From Camelus ferus (lineage: Eukaryota), in the NCBI RefSeq assembly GCF_009834535.1, contig NC_045697.1, forward strand, positions 102,426,001 through 102,490,000: a stretch of DNA of 64,000 bases, read 5' to 3'. How positions within the stretch are numbered: the first letter of the stretch is position 1; every line of letters starts with the position of its first letter. Under the pieces are notes generated by a model. That model searched no databases. It had not been told where the DNA came from and saw nothing but the letters and a program-made list of their open reading frames with translations. The position numbers and the translations under genes are program-made. This document shows, one piece after another, positions 1-12,454 of this stretch.

Positions 1-148
1 CTCCCGTAGAGCCTTGGAAGGGATCACAGTCTCACTGACACCTTGATTCGTATTTCTGGCCTTCAGAACTATGAGAGAATACATTTCTGTGGGTTTAAGC
101 CACTAAGTTTGTGGTCATTTGTTGCAGTGGCCATAGGAAATGAATACA
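1..148 (+). mobile_element. MLT1 (MaLR) LTR, 3' portion
   Basis: GACACCTTGATT...CTGGCCTTCAGAACTATGAGAGAATACATTTCTGT..TTTAAGCCACTAAGTTTGTGGTCATTTGTTGCAG..ATAGGAAATGAATACA is the typical MLT1A-D 3' end, ending in CA. Confidence 0.85.
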
Positions 149-1469
149 TCATCTGAAGACTTACTGATTTTTCAAGGTTAGAAAGTTATAGTTTGCTTTT
201 ATTTTACTTTATTTACTTTAATGAAAAAAAGCAATTGACAAGAGATAATACTGCACAACGTATCACTGGCAAAGTCTACCATGGCCCTAAGGCTGTGTTC
301 TCAGAGCACTACTGTGTCTCAGACCTGGCAGTTCCCTGGGCTCCACTCTGTGGATGGCCGCATAAGACAATGGCAGGACAACTGAACTGGGAATAAGAAA
401 CTGAGGTGACTGTTGTCCCTGATTATAGACTCTGGATCTTGAGTTTCTATCTTGCCTCTATGAACTTCAGGGTGGAGAGATCTTGAAATGGTAAAAATGA
501 AATGATAAAATAATGGCTGTAAAAAATGAGCTGCTGGGACTAATGCTCCATGAAAAAAAAAAAAAAGCTCATATTCTCAGAGAAGAGAAGAAAAGAAAGG
601 AGATTTGTATGCATTGCTGTCCTGTAGACATCACTGTACCCAAATAATGAACAAGAACCCTCACTCAAAATGGGGCTGGGTGAACTCGGCACAGCCCACA
701 ATTTCCAACTCTGCCAAGTCACTCTGATGAGTTTCCAAGAGTCACAGGTCCGCCACTGTTCCTTATTTCTCACAGAAAATTGACGTGCAACGTACAAGTC
801 ATGCTTGGCTACCTTTGGGGGAGATTTAATATTCAGAGAGGTGATAACCTCATTGCAAGTGCCAAATTCAGAATTAAACACCATTCCTGGCCATCAGCTC
901 TGTAAACTGGTATTTTCTGAGAGTCTTTGGAAGACATCTGAACACCCTGGTACCACTCGGTTGTACCTTGTGGGCCAAGCCTGTGGATGTTTCAAAAGAA
1001 ACCCAGGGCAGCCGAGGTGGCGGTTTTGAGGAAGGTCTCAGAGGCCCCCTGCCAAAGCGAAACCAGCTGAGTAAACTTCAGGAGGAGACCCACAGCTCAG
1101 CAAGTTAGCCCCACTAAGACATCAGCCTTGACAAGAAGGGCCCCAGTTCCATCCCAGTGGGGTAAACACAGAGCTTGTCCAACAGGGTTGGTGGAAGATG
1201 CCACAACTCTCTTGTGTCTCCAGGCCCAGCACAGACAGTAGAGGGGTTAGACGGGGAGCAATAGAGAAAGAGCATGTAGGCTGAGATGGACCTTGGTTCT
1301 GAGATAAAGACTTTAACATTAGCCCAAAAGGTGTTAAGAAGGAGGTAGATTCCCCTGCTGCTTCTTGCCACCTATCAAAATTAAATTATGTTTAAATGAA
1401 AATATCTTCTTTACATTCATGATTTACACGACTTGCCAGTCTAGCTGCATGACTTAATTATGGCCACCT

Positions 1470-1610
1470 ATGGTGCAGTGGAAAGAATACAGAACTTACG
1501 TAGTACTGGGTTCCAGCCCTAGACATGGTCACTGGAATGAGTTGGTTAAGAGGCACATTGATCTGCCCAAGCCACAGTTTCCTCATTTGTAAAACATGGG
1601 AACATAGTTA
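1470..1610 (+). mobile_element. MIR SINE fragment
   Basis: GTGCAGTGGAAAGAATACAG...CTGGGTTCCAGCCC...CAGTTTCCTCATTTGTAAAA (MIR head plus core). Confidence 0.7.
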
Positions 1611-1993
1611 GGATGGGGGCCTCTTCATAAAAGCTTATTTGGAGAAAACTCAAATCATCAAAAGAACAATGATTACTTAAATACATTAAAAACTTATTCA
1701 GGTTTTAACAACTTTCAAATCCTCTGCCAATAATGCAAACTCCTACAGAAATCAGTCCTATGGAAGCTTAGATATATCCCTGGGCTCTCATTCATACTAG
1801 AAATGTGTCCATTACTGTTGTAAAGTTTTGCATGCTAATAACTTAAGGTGGGACTTCCTTAATTTTCAAACTATAAAGATGCAATGAAAATAAATGAAAA
1901 TGATTCTGCAAAACAAACAAATAAATACAAAACGAGTCTGAAAGACTCCAAAACAGAATTCTTACTGGGCTAACACAAAAAAATTTAAGTTGT

Positions 1994-2073
1994 AATATGT
2001 ATGACTGAAACATTATGCTGTACACCAAAAATTGAGACACTGTAACTGACTATACTTCAATTAAAAAAAAAAA
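1994..2073 (+). mobile_element. LINE-1 extreme 3' stub with poly(A)
   Basis: ATGTATGACTGAAACATTATGCTGTACACCA...ACTGTAACTGACTATACTTCAATT followed by an A-run; resembles the L1 3' ends at 15050-15125 and 31100-31180. Confidence 0.8.
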
Positions 2074-4179
2074 GTTTGTAAAAGAAATGGGAAAGAATAA
2101 AATCAAAAGAGCATTATACATTGGCAATTTCGAGTCTAAAGTGAAAGATTAAAGGATAAATACACATCTATGAACACTGGGTTTTGTGGCTTTTTATCGT
2201 TATACAGAAGTCTTGGTAGCCTTTGCTCTTAATCTTAGGATCGATCATTTTAGCTATACTTTCATTTTCACTTTTTGCAGATTTATAAACTTTGCTCACA
2301 TAGACACATTGTCAGAGTCCTGAGTTCGTGAAGGAAGTGTTCAGTGTCCTTAGCAGCAGAACAAGCCAAGGAGGGCTCGCTTGCCTATCCAGGGCACTGC
2401 AAGCTACCTGCTGTTCCCTAAAGACCCTGCAGTTTAAAAAAAAAAAAAAAGAGGAAAAACAACAAAGACAGAATCAGGGGCCAGGGTGGACTAGATCATC
2501 ATTAGCAAAGCACACTTGCCACTCTGAGGCTTGTTCTAAAGCAACCCTCCTGGTTAAGGAGAAATTTCAGGGGCTCCGGGTGGGCGTGGGGGGTTCAAGC
2601 ATAGCCACCCTCTCCCATCACCTGCTTCCCCCTTCTGTGGTCATTTTCACAAGTCAGCAGGGGGTACTGGGGGGAGGCAAATCCAGCACATCGTCAAAAT
2701 AACCAAGCGTTCTGTGCCAAAAGGAAATGTGGGCTAAGAACTCTAATGAGAGGGTAAGCAAAGAGCCACTGGTTCCCAGCGGCGGGATGTGTCCGCGAGA
2801 GAGAACAGCAGCCCTGCTGGCCCAGGGACAGGCCAGAGCCTTAATCTGTAAATCACTGTGAAGCCCAAAATGACAAAAAAACAAAACAAAAAAAAGTGGC
2901 CACCCCTGAAGTCAAGGCATAAGGCAACAGAATAACCTCCTGCTCTAACCTCCTGCAGATAACCCACGTGAAAATGCAAAAAAAAAAAAAGCTCCAGTGC
3001 CCAAGAGAAGGAGAGAGTGGTTTGCCAGAACCTAATTACATTTAATCAAGATGGCAAAAAATGATGAGCACGTGTCCCATAATCCCAAATGAAAAACACA
3101 TCTGGTGCGCGCTCGCACACACACACACACACCCCATGCTTAAGAATGCCTGACTGTACATTCTCTCCTCTCCCTTTATAAGCCTACCCTAAAATTTCTG
3201 GCACGGGCCTGAAAGTCATTAGTAATTTAGCTGAAATGTAAAATTTTACTGCGGCGCATTGGTAGCTATTATGAGGTATAAATCTGTGTGGCTCTGGCAG
3301 GTTGAATTCTCTCCTACTCCCCTTCAACATGCTCCAAAAAGCATTTAACTGTGCTGGGGGTACAAGACTCACATTGTGGAATTAAATTAGAGACATGAGA
3401 ATACTAAAATACTCTTTCTTTTCTTGTTCCGTGCTAACCATTTTGAACTGCTTTCTTGGGCCACGTCCCACGAGAGAAGATGTGATCTTCAGGAAATTTG
3501 GATTCAGCAAAAAAAAAAAAAAAAAAAAATGCTGGGGACAAAAAATGCAAAAACTGCAGGGGACAAAGTCATCAGGGCCACCAAAATTTGTGTTTGCTTT
3601 GCTCGCATTTATCATATCTACCCGGGCCCATCATGGTCAGAGGTCATTTGAAAACGCAAGGATCTTACTCATTCATTCCTACTGTTTCCCTATAAAACTA
3701 AGTAAAAAGAAAGACTACGTCTACAGTTGTTTTGTCTGCAGGAGAATTTTCTTCTATTCTTGCAGTTTGTGTCAAGATTTTCTTCAAAAATCCTTCTTGG
3801 AATCTTTAGGTCTTGGATGCAAACCCACTGTGTTTTTGAGCATTGTATCATTATTACATGAGATTTGAGCATATATTATTGGAGTGACTTAGTAGAAGGT
3901 ATATGGGATTGGAACTGACCCCTAAATCTGTGCCCTTGGCCAGGGGATAGCAAATATAAGAGCTAATTCTACCACCTGCCATTCTTGTGCCCGCAGCAGA
4001 TACTGTTAATGGGTTACAGAAGTAGTACAAGCTTCAGGCGAATTTTGACTCAGTAGCCCTGTGTGATTGAATCAAAACACAAGCTGAGCCTTTTTCTCAA
4101 CACAAGTCTACAGGTAGCCATGATGGGTTTATCAAAGTTAGCACACAAGACAACAAAATTCATTGGCTTTCTCAGGCCT

Positions 4180-4297
4180 GAAGTGTAAGCATTATGAGAG
4201 CAGGAACCACAATTATTCATCTTGTGTCTTGAACACCTATCTTAGTATTGGGCACAAAGCTGGTTTCAGAAACCACTTATTGAATGCTACTGAATGG
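4180..4297 (+). mobile_element. L2 3' end fragment
   Basis: TGTAAGCATTATGAGAGCAGGAACCA...GGCACAAAG...TTATTGAATGCTACTGAATG. Confidence 0.6.
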
Positions 4298-4729
4298 TCT
4301 GACCCTGCCATTAATTCTAAAATCTTCCTATACTATTGGCATTATGTCAATTATCAGTTACCTTCTTATTGTTAACAAAAGAAATTAAATATTAAATGAA
4401 ATGTCATCAACACCAATAATGTTTATTTAGAAATAAACTATATTTAAGTATATTTTATATTTTAAATATATATTCATTACATTTAAATATATTTAAACTT
4501 ATTTTGCATATATTTAATGCAAAATAAATAGGCATGTTCTCTACTCCCTCATTGCTTAGAGTCTGGAATAAAGTAGCCTAAAATATAAATGAATATGGTT
4601 TATGGGGTTTCCTATAGTTATGGTCTCTTCCAGATGGAAAAACCCAGTTATCTTTATCAAGTTTGTCTAATTCCATGGTATCATGGCAGTTTTTCTTATC
4701 TGCTTAAGGGAGTAGAACACATTTACATT

Positions 4730-5240
4730 GTGTTAAGAATGTTATTGCGGATATTGGTCAGTACTTTACACCTTTGTAGTGAGAATACTTTCAGTAAAAA
4801 AAAAACAGAATATTTGACTCAATGTGTTTAAAGTATAAGGGAGAATTCACTGGCTTATGTAATTAAAAATACCAGAGGGATGGTAGGCTACAGATAAACC
4901 TTGACTGAACTACTCAGTTAGGTATCCAAGATCCTTTTTTCTTCCTGTCTTTCCACACAGGAATCATCTTAAGACTGGTTTACCTCTTGGGCCCAAAATG
5001 GCTGCCACCGCCCTGACAGTGACACACTGTCTCCTTAATTTCTTCAACAACATCAATGTTCTGACATTTCTAGAAAAAGAAAACTATTTAATTTGTTTAG
5101 GTGGCTTAAAATATATGCCCAAACCTTAACTAATTATTATAACTTGTGAACAGAATGTACTGATTACAGTAGCCTAAGTCATGTGCTCCACCTTAGACCC
5201 AGAGATACAATCATCTTTCTCAAAATCACATGCTGTTATG
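4730..5240 (-). mobile_element. Degenerate old MLT1 (J/K/L-type) LTR
   Basis: AATTCACTGGCTTATGTAATT, AAAATGGCTGCCA and CCTAAGTCATGTGCTCCACC motifs typical of old MLT1 in reverse orientation. Confidence 0.5.
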
Positions 5241-7413
5241 GCAAAGTGAAGGGAATGATGAAAAAAGAGTTAGCCAGCAACTACCATAACGGCATCTCTT
5301 TTTGATAAACAGAGGCAGAAGCCCCAGTGTGATCTAATAATGAAGAATAGTTGTCAATACCCTGAGCATCTGTTATGTTTTATCTTACAGATAAAATGCA
5401 GGGCTCTGTTCAAAGGAGTTCTTTGCTCACAAGGAGCAGCATGAAGGCAGCAGGTGGACCTATGGGCAAAGAACATTTGGGAACGTTAGGAACATTTAGA
5501 AGGGCGATTGATATCAAATTAAATGCACTGACAACTTTGGGCAAAAAAACCTACAAAGAGTATTCTGAGTCATAAAATAATTATTTTTAGGTAACTGCTA
5601 TTCAGTGTCAACAGTATGAGGCTTCTATATAAAATGGAATCTACTTGTTCCATGGTGACTTAAATGACAAACGTGCTGTCATTATAAATGTAATGCCTTC
5701 CTCAGAGTTTCAGCCCTTAAAGCAGCCCTCTTAAGGTGGGTGATGTTGTTTTAGAGTAGAGAGAATAGGTGAGGGAAAAATACAGATAACCATAGATTAT
5801 ATCTTTTAAGAAAGGAAATTAGGTCTATTTGTAGTTAGGGAATTAACCTGAAAAATAAAATTAAAGTTCTTTTAAATGCAAAGAAAAAGATATAGAGTAA
5901 AAAGCGAAATTCAAGATGAAACAACATGTCTTGGAAAATAAAGGCTTATGATCAAAAGTTAACTGTGTATTGCAGAGAAATAAATCAAATCATAGACCAT
6001 CAGAGAGAATGACAAAAGAAGGATATCAGAGAAGTGAAAAGAAGTTTTTAAACATTAGTGGTCTAATAAAGCCATTTAGATTTCCTTTAATGCATAAAAT
6101 TTCCCTCTCTGTCGACTGAAAGGAACTTGACTTCTTTCACTGGCTAACCTCTTCCTGTGATCCTAGATTTGGTGTCTTTCAGGCCTGGACAGCTGAATGT
6201 TCAAACCTTATTCCTGAAGAACCGGCGTGTCCGCTTTGCAGAGTGCACAGCGACACTTAACTGAGGGGACGGATGGCAAGAGACTGGAGGGCCTACTGCA
6301 AGCTAAAACCTAAAATAAACAGAACAGAGGCACTAGTGGATACTTAAAAAAGGAATTTATGGCCCATTTCCTCATTTCCCCGAGGATTTTGCTTGTGAAA
6401 ATAAATTTGATATTTTCAGCATTAAAAAATATATATATTTTTTTCCAAAAAGAAAACAGGCCGAAGTTTCACATGTCTAATCTACCATTCCAGCAAGACA
6501 CCAAAAGTGTAATAGCGTTAGTGAGACCCTTCATCGGGGCACTCACTCTGAAGTCACCAGTCTACAGAGCCACCCACACCTGAATACACGGTGAGGGTGA
6601 CCTGGAAAAGCCAGGCAAATTTGCTCACTGGTGTCAAATGACTTACTCTGAAGGGGAGAGCTGCAGAGAGGGCAATTTACATTAGGCTAATAGTCTTTCC
6701 CTTATTGTGAGGAGTTTATTTCTCCACGACATTTTTTTCCTCCTAGGGAATAGAAATGGTGATGTTAAGCAAGATAAATCATGGTGTCATAAAATATATC
6801 CCATTTATTTAATGGCTTTCCAGCCTAGAAAGGTTGCAGACTTTGAAATGCTGTCTAAGTCATGGACTTAGTATTTCTAACATGCCTTAAAAGCCCACTC
6901 AACTCCCCCCTAGCTGTTGAGGACAGGAAGTAAAGAAAATAAGACTTTTTCCTGCTAATCCTCCTAAGAGGAGTTGAGAGAGCCAGCAGAGCCATTCTGG
7001 AATTTTGCTGGGAAACAAGGATTAGCATCTCTAAGAGACACTACCAGATTGTTTGATTAGTGTTGCTGGGTTATTTCAGATGGGATCCAAATAACACTAG
7101 CTTGAGGTTATACAGTGCACCTCAAAACTCATCTCCAAGAAGCTATCCGCTGCTGGTTGACCATGCGCTTCTCTGATAGCCATTCCTAAAGCCACTCACT
7201 GGACAAGAAGTTTGAGAATTAGAATGCCATTAACCCATTAAAGGAATTTATTTCAGTCTTTTGACCTTTAAAAGCCGATTCCTTAATTTCTGAGACTCAC
7301 TTAATACGACAGCAAAAAACTTAAATTAGAAAATGCGAAATCGCATTCAGAGGTTGGGGAAATTCTGTATCGGTTAAGATACTTGTCAAAGTTACAAAGC
7401 GTCTTGAGGACAT

Positions 7414-7534
7414 TAAGCAAACTCCTTGAGGACAGAGACAACTATCTAGTCAACTTCCTGTTTCCTGTATCTGGCATATGTGGCACATTGCAGAAGTTCA
7501 AGAAATGCTGAATGAACAAATGAATGCATGAATG
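7414..7534 (+). mobile_element. L2 3' end
   Basis: AAACTCCTTGAGGACAGAGAC...TGGCACATTGCAGAAGTTCAAGAAATGCTGAATGAACAAATGAATG tail. Confidence 0.75.
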
Positions 7535-7643
7535 GTACCCCAGACCCCACTTCATTTTGCATTTCTCTATAAAAGCATGAGGGATGCAGGAAAAATTATG
7601 GGTACTAATTGATGGAGTTTATAAACAGAGAGCCCACTGAAGA

Positions 7644-7743
7644 NNNNNNNNNNNNNNNNNNNNNNNNNNNNNNNNNNNNNNNNNNNNNNNNNNNNNNNNN
7701 NNNNNNNNNNNNNNNNNNNNNNNNNNNNNNNNNNNNNNNNNNN
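7644..7743. other. Assembly gap (exactly 100 N)
   Basis: Run of 100 N; a round number typical of an unsized scaffold gap. Confidence 0.99.
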
Positions 7744-7939
7744 CCCTGGGCTATGTGGATCCTCATGCAAGTTATACGGGAAGAGAACTCTGAACAAAAA
7801 CCAGCTTGGGGTCCTGGTTTCTTTGACTTGTTGCTTGTTTCCCAGCCCTGAACTAATTCTTGGAGCCAAAATTTTAGTGGGACACCTCATCACCCCTCAA
7901 CCCCTCCCCAAGTAGAGGTGAAGTACATCTCATCTATAT

Positions 7940-8131
7940 TGACACAAATGGCAGGATGTCATTTTTAAAGACTGAATAATAGTCCATTGTATAAATAAAC
8001 CACAATTTCTTATCCATTCACCTGCGGACAAACATTTAAGTTGCTTCCGTATCTTGGCTATTGTGAATGGCTACAATGACCATGAGAGTGCAGATGTCTC
8101 TTTCAGATACTGATTTCATTTCCTTTGCATA
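7940..8131 (-). mobile_element. LINE-1 (L1MA/MB-type) ORF2 C-terminal fragment, segment 1
   Basis: AATGGCAGGAT...GAATAATAGTCCATTGT...ATCTTGGCTATTGTGAAT...GATTTCATTTCCTTTG; continues at 8906 after an LTR insertion. Confidence 0.85.
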
Positions 8132-8905
8132 TGTGATTCTGACATCAACTCCAATGTATGGGTTTCTTCCCACACCAAGCAGTTCTCTGACACTAGCTGG
8201 GTGCCCTACAATTCAATTCAATTCTGACACTCTCCATAGATAGCCTTAGGTTAAGGGTTAAGCCCCTCACCGCTTCGGATTCCAGTTGCAAGTCTAGGTT
8301 GTTACCTGTGCTCCTGACCAACTAGCTATATTTTGGAGGTCCCCACGACCTCTTCCTTAGGTTCTATTAATTTGCTAGAGCAGCTCAGAGACCTCAGGAA
8401 ACCAGTTTACTCACTTGACTACTAGTTTATTACATAGCATCTTATAGGACACAAATCAACAGCCAGATAAAGAGATATGTAGGGTGAGATCACAAACAAA
8501 GGAGCTTTTATCCCCATGGAGTTTGGAGCTTGGCACAGCAGTAGAGGGTGCATTCTGATTCACCAACCTAGAAGCTCTCCAAATCCTGTCCTATTGGGGT
8601 TTTTAATGGCTTTTCCACTACTTAAGCACAATTGATGAAATCATTGAGCATTGCTGATTGATTGGCACTTCAGCTCCTCTCCTCTCCTGGGAGTTTGGAG
8701 GGCAGCACTGAAAGTCCCTACCCTCAAATCACAAGGCTCTCCTGGCAGGTAGCTCCCATCCTTAGATGCTTTCCAAAAATCACCTTATTAATATAATGAA
8801 AGACATCTTTTTAACTCTTATCACAGGAAATTCGAGGGCTTCAGGAGCTCAGGAACAGAGATGAATACCAAGTATATATTTCTTATTATAAATCACGATA
8901 TCTAG
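8132..8905 (-). mobile_element. MER21-type ERVL solo LTR inserted in L1
   Basis: CACACCAAGCAG..GACACTAGCTGGGTG..CAATTCAATTCTGACAC, ACAGCCAGAT, and terminal TATATATTTCTTATTATAAATCACGATATC; flanked by GCATA/GGATA; homologous to 32950-33808. Confidence 0.8.
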
Positions 8906-10428
8906 GGATATATACTCAGAAGTGGGATTGTTGGATCATATGGTAGTTTAATTTGGGGGGGAACCTCCATATTGTTTTCCATAGTAGCTGTACCAATTTA
9001 CATTCACATCAATGGTGCACAGGAGTCCTTTTTTCTCTGCAGCCCTCGCCAACACTTGATATCTCTTGTTATTTTGATAATAGCCATTCTGACAGGTGTG
9101 AGGTGATATCTCACTGTGGTTTTGATTTTTATTTGCCTGATGATTAGTGATGCTGAGCACTTCTTCATATACTCATTGGTCATTTGTATATTTTCTTTGG
9201 AAAAATGTCTATTCAGGTCCTCTGCCCAGTTTTTAATCAAATTACTTGGTTTTTTGCTTTTGAGTTGTATGAGCTCCTTATATATTTTGGATATTAATTT
9301 CTTATCAGATACATGGTTTGCAAATATTTTCTCCCCTTCTGTAGGCTTCCTTTTCATTTTGTTGATTGTTTCCTTTGCTTTCCTGAAGCTTTTTAGTTTG
9401 ACGTAGTTTCACATGTTCTTTTGTTGCTGGTTCTTTCGGTGTCATGTTAAAAAAATCACTGCCAAGAGCAGTATCAAGGAGCTCTTTCTCTATGCTTCTT
9501 CTAGGAGTTTCACAGTTTCAGGACTTAAAGTTTAAGTCTCACCAATTTTGAGTTGTTATCTGTGTATGGTGTAGCGTAAAGGTCCAGTTTCATTATTTTG
9601 CACGTGGCTAGCCAGTTTTCCCAATACTATTTATTGAAGAGACTATATTTTCCCCATTCTTGGGGGCCTTATTGAAGATTAGTTGACCACAAATGTATGG
9701 GTTTATTTCTAGGCTGTCTATTCTATTCCATTGGTTTATGTGTCTGCTTTGTGCCAGAACCACATTGTTTTGATTATTAGCTTTGTAGTATCAGTAATTT
9801 GAAATCAGGAAGTGTAATGCCTTCAATTTTGTTCCTCTTTCTCAAGATTGCCCTGGCTATTAAGGGTCTTTTGTGGTTCCATACGAGTTTTTAGCACTGT
9901 TTTGTTTTTCTATTTCTGTGAAAAAATGCCATTGGAATTTTGCATTAAGTCTATAGATCACTTTGGGTTCTATGAACATTTTAACAATATTAATTCTTCC
10001 ATTCTGTGAATACAAAATACTTTTCCATTTATTTATGTTTTGCTTAATTTCTTTCATCAATGTTTTATAGTTTTCAGTGTTTAGATCTTTTATCTCTTTG
10101 GTTAAATTTATTCCTAAGTATTTTATTCTTTTTTATGCTATTGTAAATGCAGTTGCTTATTTGATTTCCTTTTTGGATAGTACATTGTTAGTGTATAGAA
10201 ACACAGCTGATTTTTGTATGTTGATTTTGTATCCTGCAACTTTACTGAATCTGCTTATTAGTTCTAACAGTTTTTTGTGCAGTCATCTGATTTTTCTTGC
10301 CTATTTGTTCTGCCTAGGATTTCCAGTACCCTGTTGAATAGAAGTGGTGACAGTGGGCATCCTTGCCTTGTACCAGATCTTCGAGGAAAAGCTTTCAATT
10401 TTTCCCTATTGATTATGATGTTAGTTGA
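8906..10428 (-). mobile_element. LINE-1 ORF2 3' part (decayed, frameshifted), segment 2
   Basis: ORF-track peptides [45 protein letters not shown] and [18 protein letters not shown] are L1 ORF2p-like; apparent internal deletion near 10280-10300. Confidence 0.93.
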
Positions 10429-10691
10429 AGGTAGTCAAATTTTAACACCAATTACCTCTAGAACTGGATTACAGATGACCTTAAATGACTTTACATTGTT
10501 ACTTATTTTTTTAGACTACTTCAATATGTACATATCACCTGAAAAAGAAATTACAAAGCTTAAGAGGACAAACATTCCCAACTGTGCCACTACAGCCAGA
10601 TTATTTATAGGCTTGTGGTTTTATATAGTTATATATAATTACATATAGTCCGATATTGTTTTCTACATACAGTTTTATAACTCTCTAGATT

Positions 10692-10885
10692 CAGTTGATC
10701 CTTAAACAATGTAGGGTTAGTACAATTTATAGTCAGCCCCCCATATCTGCGGTTCCTCTACATCTGTGGATTCAACAAACTATGGCCCACATAGTCCATA
10801 TTATAGTCCAAATACTATTGTATTTGCTATGGAAAAATATCTGCATATAAGTGGACCCATGCATTTCAACGTTTCATTGTTAAGT
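10692..10885. mobile_element. Tigger2-derived MITE (TcMar-Tigger)
   Basis: Starts CAGTTGATCCTTAAACAA; ends AAAATATCTGCATATAAGTGGACCCATGCATTTCAA, resembling Tigger2/MER8 termini. Confidence 0.65.
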
Positions 10886-10956
10886 TTTATATTTATTTGG
10901 AGATAGGTCAATTATACATATAGTTCATTTATTCACAAGTTAATGTACATTTCAAA

Positions 10957-11034
10957 GTTTGACACCTAGTGGTGAATGGTTCTAATAAGTTTTCTAAAAC
11001 CACAGGAGAGTTAAGTGAAAAGGGAGTGACGTCA
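10957..11034. promoter_or_regulatory. Candidate CTCF site (minus strand CCACTAGGTGTCA) and full CRE TGACGTCA
   Basis: TGACACCTAGTGG at 10960-10972; TGACGTCA at 11027-11034; motif match only. Confidence 0.4.
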
Positions 11035-11310
11035 TCCAGCTACAGCTGAGAAATGTGATTTTTGCAGTAATATTTTTGACTGATTAAAGTTAATGGGGCT
11101 CATCAATTGAAATTACTTTTCTATTACTAAATGTTTAGGTAGCCATACCTAAGGTTCAAAACCCTTGTTTTTGCTTGTTTGTTTGTTCTTAATCACTCAG
11201 ATCTTGTACCTGACCTGTGCCTGGGCTTTCCTGAGCCATTTCTCCTCTAGTCCCACCTGTCTCACTGTCAGTCTTGGCCCATTGTCAGTGATCTGGCCCC
11301 AGAGGAAAGC

Positions 11311-11311
<1 letters not shown>

Positions 11312-11346
<35 letters not shown>
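11312..11346 (+). repeat. (AC)n microsatellite
   Basis: Perfect AC run of about 17 units. Confidence 0.95.
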
Positions 11347-11347
<1 letters not shown>

Positions 11348-12454
11348 CAGTAAGTAAGGTAGTTTTACTGATGTTCTTGTGGGCGGATGGAGAATAGGAG
11401 TACATTGCACAGCACAATTTTATAAGCAGTATATTGACTCTTCTTAACACAGTCCCAAAGTGCCCTTTCCCTTGGCAGCGGATACCTCCTGGCTCATCCT
11501 TCCAAGAAGTCTGCATCTATTTCATCTATTTTATTTATCTTCTTCCCCTCCCCCTCCCTCCCATAGCCACATTGCCTCCAGCCCCCATCAGCCTAGTTTT
11601 CTTCTTCTAGGTCAAGAGTCAAAACACAAATGTCCACAGGAGCCAGGCAGATAATATAAAGGAAAGAACAAAAGTCCAAGTATAAAGGACTGGTGGAGAT
11701 TACAGCAACCAGGCAACAAATGCCCCATAAAGTACTTGGTACCCCGTGGGAATGAAAAGTCAGTATTCCCTGAGTTCCTGGAGATCTTGGAAATATGATC
11801 TTTTTCACATGTGGGCAACTAATTCACATTTAAAAAAAGAAATACTCTGTGAGTCAAACAAAAGGTATTTGCCAGGGAGATGAAACCTGTGCGCTACCAG
11901 TTTGTGACTGGCTGGCTGTCTGGATCACTCCTTTCCTCTTCTTAAATGAAAGATGGTAGACTTCTCTTGGTGTCCTCAATTTATACCCCCAAATGTAAGC
12001 CACTGTGTGAGGTGAATGGAAATGACTCATCACTTAATTTGTGTGGGGGTGGGGAGTAATACAGTGAGAGCCACCCAAACTTGCCAAAACGGCCCCGCAT
12101 CTTGCAGCAAGGATAACTCAAGTGTCAGGAAAGCTGACACCGGTTCCTGTTTAGCCCCCTCCTAGATATAATCTTATATCCCATGCCTATAATACCAAGA
12201 TAAAGGCTGAGATGCCTTAAACTCTAAAATTGAATGAGCTGTGTTTCACATACTTTCTTTTATGCCCCTCCCCTTTTATTTCCCTTTTGGGAAAGAAAAA
12301 AATGAGCCAAGCATCTTTCTATTAACAATGATGGAGGCTGGTTAGTAGTGACCAATGTGCCCAAGTTGCCGTGATAGACACGGTAGGAGTGATGTGAGGC
12401 AGCAGAGTCAATGACCAAAGCAATGGATTTTCATCTTTTTGTGGGGAGGGACTA

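Noticed and set aside
3395..3868. 157-aa ORF
   Set aside because: Crosses an A20 run (poly-Lys), has no recognisable homology or codon bias, and is probably a chance frame
7567..7893. ORFs spanning the N gap
   Set aside because: Artefacts of translating through unknown bases
8948..10060. ORFs with real protein similarity
   Set aside because: Frameshifted L1 ORF2 remnants, not host genes; the same applies to 14651, 15893, 30764, 40452 and 45480
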